A stretch of 64,000 nt of DNA from a virus, in IMG/VR virus record IMGVR_UViG_3300030419_007010, positions 64,001 through 128,000 of that record; one strand, written 5' to 3'. A model generated the notes under the pieces. That model was not told the DNA's origin. It searched no databases and saw only the letters and a program-made list of their open reading frames with translations. The translations under genes were made by a program, and so were the position numbers. Of the stretch, positions 59,147 to 64,000 are shown one piece after another. Position 1 is the stretch's first letter. Each line of letters begins with the position of its first letter.

Positions 59147-59813
59147 ATTGTTCTCCTAGAGCATTTAACTCATTAATTTTATTATATAATTTAGGACAAG
59201 TTTTGGATAAATACCTTCTGTCACCTAAATAGAACTCTTCAAAACCATTAGCAAAATATTCACGCAAGGAAGTTACTCCATAAGCAGATGAGAATATGCC
59301 TTGTGAAAGAGTATTTAGTTTGGGGTAACCTACATCTTGATACAAATAATTGTCAAATTCTATTGAATAGTCTGTTTCTAAAAAATTATAACCAGAAGTA
59401 TCGATACCATGATTTCTTAAAATTGATTCTAGCTTCTTTCTTTTCATTAAGAACTCTGATTCGACACTATTATCAGCATATATTTCAGCGCCATGTATTT
59501 CTTCTAAAGAATGAGAAATCTCATGAACAATATCATCTATCATATCTGAATTGTCACTTTGTTCATTTGTGAGATACAGAGCGCCATCTTTATACATTGC
59601 ATTTACAGATCTTGCTTGCATTTCTTCAAAATATCCAATATACATTACGTCAATTGCATGGAACATATACCTGGGTAAAAGACTCTCTATTTTTTGAATT
59701 ACCTGTGTCAAATCAACATTTTCAGGCAGAGGATCTTTCTCTACAATATCAACAGAATTGAAAATACTATATTGCTTTGTTGGACTAATGAATTTTGAAA
59801 TTTTATTCGTCAT
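59139..59813 (-). CDS. Putative zinc metallopeptidase (HExxH...E)
   Basis: IVHEISH with downstream YG..SLREYFANGFE..Y (lethal-factor/MtfA-like pattern). Confidence 0.65.
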   Translation of the reverse strand: MTNKISKFISPTKQYSIFNSVDIVEKDPLPENVDLTQVIQKIESLLPRYMFHAIDVMYIGYFEEMQARSVNAMYKDGALYLTNEQSDNSDMIDDIVHEISHSLEEIHGAEIYADNSVESEFLMKRKKLESILRNHGIDTSGYNFLETDYSIEFDNYLYQDVGYPKLNTLSQGIFSSAYGVTSLREYFANGFEEFYLGDRRYLSKTCPKLYNKINELNALGEQYV

Positions 59814-60060
59814 CTTGTTGATTAGCAGTATTTAAGTGTGTCTGATCACTCAAACCTTGCTCATATCCTCTTACCCAATTCTCTTCCGCAACTGCGATCA
59901 AAAATTCAGGAAATTCGTGAGCCATTACGCTAACAACATTTTCAACAGTAATTTCTCCATTCTCCGGGTCTAGTTTATTACCAATATAATCAACAATTAC
60001 TTCCTTAAGAGAAGTGTCTGTCTCTATTGTTTTATTTAATTCTTCGTTGTGAATATCCAC
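59803..60060 (-). CDS. Hypothetical acidic protein (85 aa)
   Basis: GTG start with strong GGAGG SD. Confidence 0.7.
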   Translation of the reverse strand: MDIHNEELNKTIETDTSLKEVIVDYIGNKLDPENGEITVENVVSVMAHEFPEFLIAVAEENWVRGYEQGLSDQTHLNTANQQDDE

Positions 60061-60114
60061 TTTAAACCTCCATATATAGTGTACACAAAAATGCCAATAA
60101 TTTTAATTTAATTA

Positions 60115-61428
60115 TTATAATATTTTAGCTGCCAGAGTAGCAACTTTTGAGCGCTCGCCTTTTTTCAAAGATACGTGTCCAGCGATCTCATGTTCTTTAA
60201 ACTTTTCTATTGCATAAGATAAGCCATTTGATATCGAATCTAAATATACGTTGTCTATCTGCTCAATATCTCCTGTTAAGATAATCTTTGTACCCTCACC
60301 TACTCTAGTAATAATAGTCTTTAACTCGTGTACAGAGAGATTTTGAGCTTCGTCAATGATAATAAACGCATTAGAAATAGAGCGGCCTCTGATATATGTA
60401 AGTGCTTCTACTTCAATAGTCCCGTTTTCATATAACAGTTCGATTGTTTCCTTGTTATCTCCTAGAAGAAACTCCAGATTATCCTGAATCGGCATAAGCC
60501 AAGGGCTCATCTTCTCTTCTAAAGTTCCTGGCAGGAAGCCAATATCCTTTCCTACAGGCTGAACTGGTCTGGAAACTACAAGTTTTTTATACCGCTTGTT
60601 TTTATCTTCCATAATTTGTTCTAGACCTGCTGCAATTGCTAACAAAGTCTTACCACAGCCGGCCTTGCCGGTCATGGTAACAATTGGTATATCTGGATTC
60701 ATAAGAAGATTTAATCCGAACAGCTGCTCTTTGTTACGAGCTTTGAGTCCCCAAATAGGATTTTTATATTCTACTATTGGTTTTAATGGTAAATTGTAAT
60801 TTACAAATTTTGATAATGCTGTTTTCTTTTCATTTTGATTCGACACCAACATAACAAATTGATGAGGATTTATTTTAATGTCCTCTTCAAACAAATATAT
60901 TTCTTCGTCAGAATAGAATCTATCAATTAGTTGGTCATCTACTAAATGTTGTACAAATCCAGTATATAACTCGTCAGTATTACTAACAACTTGTTCAGTA
61001 ATAAAATCTTCTGTTGGTATTTGAAGAGCATCACACTTTACACGCATGTTAATATCACGCGTAACAACAGTCAGCTTCTTCTTTTGAAGACGCTTCTTTT
61101 CTGTCATCGCAGTGCCAATAATTTGGTTATCTGCGTTAGACAAATCAAAGTCATCTGGTAAATCAAATACGTCGTATCCTCGTATCGAAAGGATACCTTT
61201 TCCACTACCTAATTTTACTCCTTCATACAGATTTCCATTCTCGCGGAGATCATCTAGAATACGTATGGTTATTCGAGCGTTTGCTCCAACTCCATCTTGT
61301 CTTTTTTTGTGCTTATCTATTTCTTCGATGACTTTTAGTGGAATTATTATGTCATTATTTTTATACGAAAAAATGGAATCTGCGCTTGTGAGGAGCACAT
61401 TGGTATCAAGCAGATAAGTTTTTTTCAT
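60115..61428 (-). CDS. phoH: PIN-PhoH fusion (PhoH2/YlaK-type) ATPase/RNase
   Basis: PIN: YLLDTNVLL, EEIDKHK, D..I, TRDINMRVK. PhoH: GKAGCGKT, SRP, IGFLPG, RGRSI, IIDEAQN, GDIEQID. Confidence 0.93.
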   Translation of the reverse strand: MKKTYLLDTNVLLTSADSIFSYKNNDIIIPLKVIEEIDKHKKRQDGVGANARITIRILDDLRENGNLYEGVKLGSGKGILSIRGYDVFDLPDDFDLSNADNQIIGTAMTEKKRLQKKKLTVVTRDINMRVKCDALQIPTEDFITEQVVSNTDELYTGFVQHLVDDQLIDRFYSDEEIYLFEEDIKINPHQFVMLVSNQNEKKTALSKFVNYNLPLKPIVEYKNPIWGLKARNKEQLFGLNLLMNPDIPIVTMTGKAGCGKTLLAIAAGLEQIMEDKNKRYKKLVVSRPVQPVGKDIGFLPGTLEEKMSPWLMPIQDNLEFLLGDNKETIELLYENGTIEVEALTYIRGRSISNAFIIIDEAQNLSVHELKTIITRVGEGTKIILTGDIEQIDNVYLDSISNGLSYAIEKFKEHEIAGHVSLKKGERSKVATLAAKIL

Positions 61429-61446
61429 CTATCATCCTTGTATTAG

Positions 61447-61464
61447 TAATTAGCTTTCTAGTTA
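61447..61464. promoter_or_regulatory. Back-to-back candidate promoters: CTAATTA (minus, 61447-61453) and CTAGTTA (plus, 61458-61464)
   Basis: Each lies exactly 18 nt upstream of its start codon (61428 and 61483) in the divergent gap. Confidence 0.6.
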
Positions 61465-61482
61465 TTTTTAGAGGTATTTTAT

Positions 61483-62322
61483 ATGAGAAGTTATTTTAAA
61501 GCTATTTTACTTACATTATCTTTATTACTTTTATCATCATGTTCCTCTACTATACAACAAACAAAACAAAATTTTAAATGGCCTCGTGACAGTTTTGTAA
61601 AATATGAGACATATGTCTATCGCCAGACCTGTGTGCCGGTAGATCCAGACAACATGAAATCAAAGTGTTATGAGAGGCAACAAGGGTATACAGGCTCCGG
61701 AGCTATCATCGCAAACGGCTTTGATGGTTCTTATGTTTTAACTGCTGCTCATATGTGTAATCGTCAAGCAGATCTAGATATGTTACAATCTTTAGAGCCA
61801 AAAGATTCAGAAGAATCAGAAAATGTCAGCTTCTTTGCAAAACATTATGTTAGAGATTTAGATGATTTTACATATAATGCAGAAATTGTTTCTTATAACT
61901 CAAATTTAGATGCATGCGTTGTGTTTGTTTGGGGGCTTTTTAAGGATCCTCTAAAAATTGCAAAAAAGAGGCCAAAAATTGGTTCTAGAACATATAACAT
62001 TGCCGCGCCTGCAGGCTTCTTTAAGAAAAACTTAATCCCTTTATTTGAAGGGTTTTATATTGGCAAATGGGATAAATACTCATCCGTATACACGATACCT
62101 GCAATTGGAGGCAGTTCCGGCTCTCCCATCCTAAACAAGAAAGGCGAGTTAATTGGCTTAATATACGCAAGACATAATAGATTCCATCATATAACCCTTT
62201 CTCCAGAGTTTAAAAAACTAAAGAAGTTTATATTCGATTCTATTAATAGTCATTCGAAAGAAAGAGCTAGAAGCCAAGAATTAGATTTGCGACGCTCAAT
62301 TATTATTAAGTTCAATAAGTAA
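61483..62322 (+). CDS. Trypsin-like serine protease with lipoprotein signal peptide
   Basis: MRSYFKAILLTLSLLLLSSC lipobox; GSG, LTAAHMC, LDAC, GGSSGSPI catalytic triad motifs; GAGG SD. Confidence 0.88.
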   Translation: MRSYFKAILLTLSLLLLSSCSSTIQQTKQNFKWPRDSFVKYETYVYRQTCVPVDPDNMKSKCYERQQGYTGSGAIIANGFDGSYVLTAAHMCNRQADLDMLQSLEPKDSEESENVSFFAKHYVRDLDDFTYNAEIVSYNSNLDACVVFVWGLFKDPLKIAKKRPKIGSRTYNIAAPAGFFKKNLIPLFEGFYIGKWDKYSSVYTIPAIGGSSGSPILNKKGELIGLIYARHNRFHHITLSPEFKKLKKFIFDSINSHSKERARSQELDLRRSIIIKFNK

Positions 62323-62793
62323 TTATTTTGAGTGTTTGTCAGCTACACTACTGGCTGCATATGCATTGGGCTTTATCTTACAGTCGAATCCTGCACCTCT
62401 AGCATATCCAGTTAGCATTTCTGTAAACTTGCTCGTTCCGTTATTTTTGTCGGCGCCGCTAACATCTAAATGAATTTCAATATCTAATACGGGAATAAGT
62501 TCCAAAAGCTTAAGCCCTAATTCAACTGATTTTTGAACTTCTGCCAAAATTCTCTGTAAAAGATTCGGGTATTTTCTCTTATTGATAATTGTTCTCTTAA
62601 TAAAATAACGTCCACCGTTCTGGCTATCTCCGTCATAAAGACATATAGCTAAAGAGAATATACAATCTTGTTTTTTAACATGACTATCAGTTCCTACCGA
62701 AATCTTACCGTTGTCTTCTTTGTGCTCCAAAATAATATCAACAATTTCTTCGAATGATATTTTATCTCCAGAACCAGTAAACCAATCAGCCAT
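62323..62793 (-). CDS. RNase H-like YkuK (DUF458) family protein
   Basis: SVGTDSH, RILAEVQKSVE, EIHLDV, KIKPNAYAASSVADKHSK. Confidence 0.85.
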   Translation of the reverse strand: MADWFTGSGDKISFEEIVDIILEHKEDNGKISVGTDSHVKKQDCIFSLAICLYDGDSQNGGRYFIKRTIINKRKYPNLLQRILAEVQKSVELGLKLLELIPVLDIEIHLDVSGADKNNGTSKFTEMLTGYARGAGFDCKIKPNAYAASSVADKHSK

Positions 62794-63019
62794 AATTGTT
62801 CTCCATAATAACTAGGCAACCATAGTTGTCAAAGTATTGATCATGATAAGTCCAACCATAATCTTCAATAATTTTAATAACTATGCTTCTCATTTTTTCA
62901 GATTTTCCAGTAATAATTTGAAAAGGAGGATCTAAAAAATTAATATATTCTATTACTACATCAATTACTTCTTGATGAGGCAAATGATGCAAGTCTAAAG
63001 TTGGGAGGTTATCACGCAT
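62786..63019 (-). CDS. Stand-alone Smr-like domain protein (77 aa)
   Basis: TLDLH, QIITGKS, N.GCLVI correspond to the Smr LDLHG / IITGKG / GxxxV motifs. Confidence 0.65.
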   Translation of the reverse strand: MRDNLPTLDLHHLPHQEVIDVVIEYINFLDPPFQIITGKSEKMRSIVIKIIEDYGWTYHDQYFDNYGCLVIMENNYG

Positions 63020-63551
63020 TTAGTTTTTTAGTATAATCATACATCGCAATTCCCGAAGTTGTACCAACGTTCATACTGCGAACTGAACCGTATTGTGTAA
63101 TTGAGACCACATGATCAGCTAAATCTAACATTTCTTTCGAGAGGCCGACTCCCTCTTCTCCAAAAATCATAAGAGAGTTTTCTGGCCAGTCGAAGTTTTC
63201 CATCGATACGGCGCCCTCTACATTATCCAGACATACGAACTTGTATTTAGACTTAAGAGATACAAGTACATCATAATTATCAATGTAGTTAAGGTCGACG
63301 TAATGATGAGTGCCAACAGCGCCCCGCCTGTCATACTTTCTTTTACCGTAGTAAAATACTTTTTCAGCGTTAAAAGCATTTGCATTCCTTATCATCGTTC
63401 CAATATTAAAATCACCATTCCAATGTTCCATCATAACAGCAAAATCATGAGATGTTGATCTTAAAGTATATATTATTTCTTCTTTTGTTTTGCCTTTGAA
63501 ACGATCTTCAACATTGTAAGTCCAGGAATTCCATCTATTTGCTACTGTCAT
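63012..63551 (-). CDS. SpoU/TrmH-family (SPOUT) RNA 2'-O-methyltransferase (start revised to MTVANRW)
   Basis: NIGTMIRNANAF, IFGEEGVGLS, SITQYGSVRSMNVGTTSGIAMY. Confidence 0.9.
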   Translation of the reverse strand: MTVANRWNSWTYNVEDRFKGKTKEEIIYTLRSTSHDFAVMMEHWNGDFNIGTMIRNANAFNAEKVFYYGKRKYDRRGAVGTHHYVDLNYIDNYDVLVSLKSKYKFVCLDNVEGAVSMENFDWPENSLMIFGEEGVGLSKEMLDLADHVVSITQYGSVRSMNVGTTSGIAMYDYTKKLNA

Positions 63552-63801
63552 TTTTTTCCCAATTCCAAAATTGTTCTTCCGAGTCCCACTCAAAAGTACC
63601 GTTCTCTGAAAACCATCTATTAACTCCATCAGTTAAAACATCTAAATAAGCAGCTTCTAATTCTTTAAACGATTTTATTCGAGCCTTTGAGAAAGATGTA
63701 TAATTTCCATCATTATCCTTATAAAGTTCAACTAGTTCACAGTATTCTTCTGTTTCCCAGAGATCCGGATAATTAATTTTAATTAATCCATACTTCCACA
63801 T
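63535..63801 (-). CDS. Hypothetical aromatic/acidic protein (88 aa)
   Basis: ORF fills the gap between the Dam-like and SpoU genes. Confidence 0.6.
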   Translation of the reverse strand: MWKYGLIKINYPDLWETEEYCELVELYKDNDGNYTSFSKARIKSFKELEAAYLDVLTDGVNRWFSENGTFEWDSEEQFWNWEKNDSSK

Positions 63802-63802
63802 C

Positions 63803-64000
63803 TTACATGCTGCTGATTGTTGGAGTTGTTTGTGACTTGAATACAGCCACTACCGAAGGGAATGGAGCAGAATTCTTTTCTTTACTCTCACTCTCGAACT
63901 TAAGTCGGCCTTTAATAAAATGTAGCTCCGAAGCCTTCATCATATAATTATGAAAATACTGTGTGTCTGTCCTTGCTGGACAAAGTAGTACTACTGTTGT
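63803..64000 (-). CDS. Phage DNA N6-adenine methyltransferase (Dam family), C-terminal fragment
   Basis: Not in the ORF track. Manual translation TTVVLLCPARTDTQYFHNYMMKASELHFIKGRLKF..NSAPFPSVVAVF..* matches the phage Dam-family PARTDT/GRLKF/APFPS motifs. Confidence 0.88.
   Translation of the reverse strand, partial: TTVVLLCPARTDTQYFHNYMMKASELHFIKGRLKFESESKEKNSAPFPSVVAVFKSQTTPTISSM

Noticed and set aside
802-61417. Numerous short plus-strand and alternate-frame ORFs in the track (e.g. 2662-3009, 5050-5382, 19276-19686, 33176-33676, 54980-55330)
   Set aside because: They lie inside or antisense to long motif-bearing genes and have no recognisable motifs; treated as shadow ORFs.
63552-63629. 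Longer upstream starts in the ORF track (also 32508, 37195, 41735, 46668, 58085)
   Set aside because: They overlap upstream genes more deeply; downstream ATGs give better SD/coupling and match family N-termini.
1-64000. Eukaryotic giant virus origin (suggested by glycosylation genes and the MAM domain)
   Set aside because: Shine-Dalgarno motifs, overlapping operonic genes, a sigma factor, gp25/gp6 baseplate genes and a peptidoglycan transglycosylase indicate a bacteriophage.
1-64000. Stop-codon reassignment
   Set aside because: Multi-kb ORFs are open under the standard code, and TAA, TAG and TGA all end genes at sensible boundaries.
1-64000. tRNA genes, CRISPR arrays, introns, inteins
   Set aside because: Intergenic gaps are at most ~55 nt; no repeat-spacer pattern, cloverleaf or intein terminal motifs seen by eye.

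Overview
The window is a densely coded, AT-rich segment of a large (jumbo-type) myovirus-like bacteriophage genome. Nearly all genes lie on the minus strand, use the standard code, have Shine-Dalgarno motifs and overlap by ATGA/TAATG. In transcription order (right to left) it holds four blocks. (i) 64000-58076: an accessory block with a partial phage Dam-family methyltransferase, SpoU/TrmH RNA methyltransferase, Smr-like protein, RNase H-like YkuK, a lone plus-strand lipoprotein trypsin-like protease, PIN-PhoH, an HExxH peptidase and a Cas4-like PD-(D/E)XK nuclease. (ii) 58064-32487: a ~25.6 kb, 27-gene glycan biosynthesis and tailoring island with no flippase, polymerase or exporter. It encodes about 10 glycosyltransferases, two truncated UDP-sugar dehydrogenase/SDR pairs, a dehydratase, aminotransferase, GNAT, NeuA, atypical NeuB, deacetylases, formyl-, carbamoyl-, amido- and methyltransferases. 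(iii) 32490-30697: small genes including a gp55-like late sigma factor. (iv) 30694-1: a baseplate module with a gp5-like OB-fold/SGNH esterase/lambda-R transglycosylase fusion, a spike-like protein, a 2877-aa protein, gp25- and gp6-like wedges, a DNRLRE protein and a 3571-aa LamG/MAM protein. The main leads are a probable virion-glycosylation system (the island plus a dense [ST]-[GAS]-[ST] motif in two baseplate proteins), a tail lysin that may carry its own peptidoglycan de-O-acetylase, a positionally fixed CTAnWTA promoter-like motif, and excess GCCGGC/GGCGCC palindromes. All family calls come from motif recognition by eye; no database searches were run.
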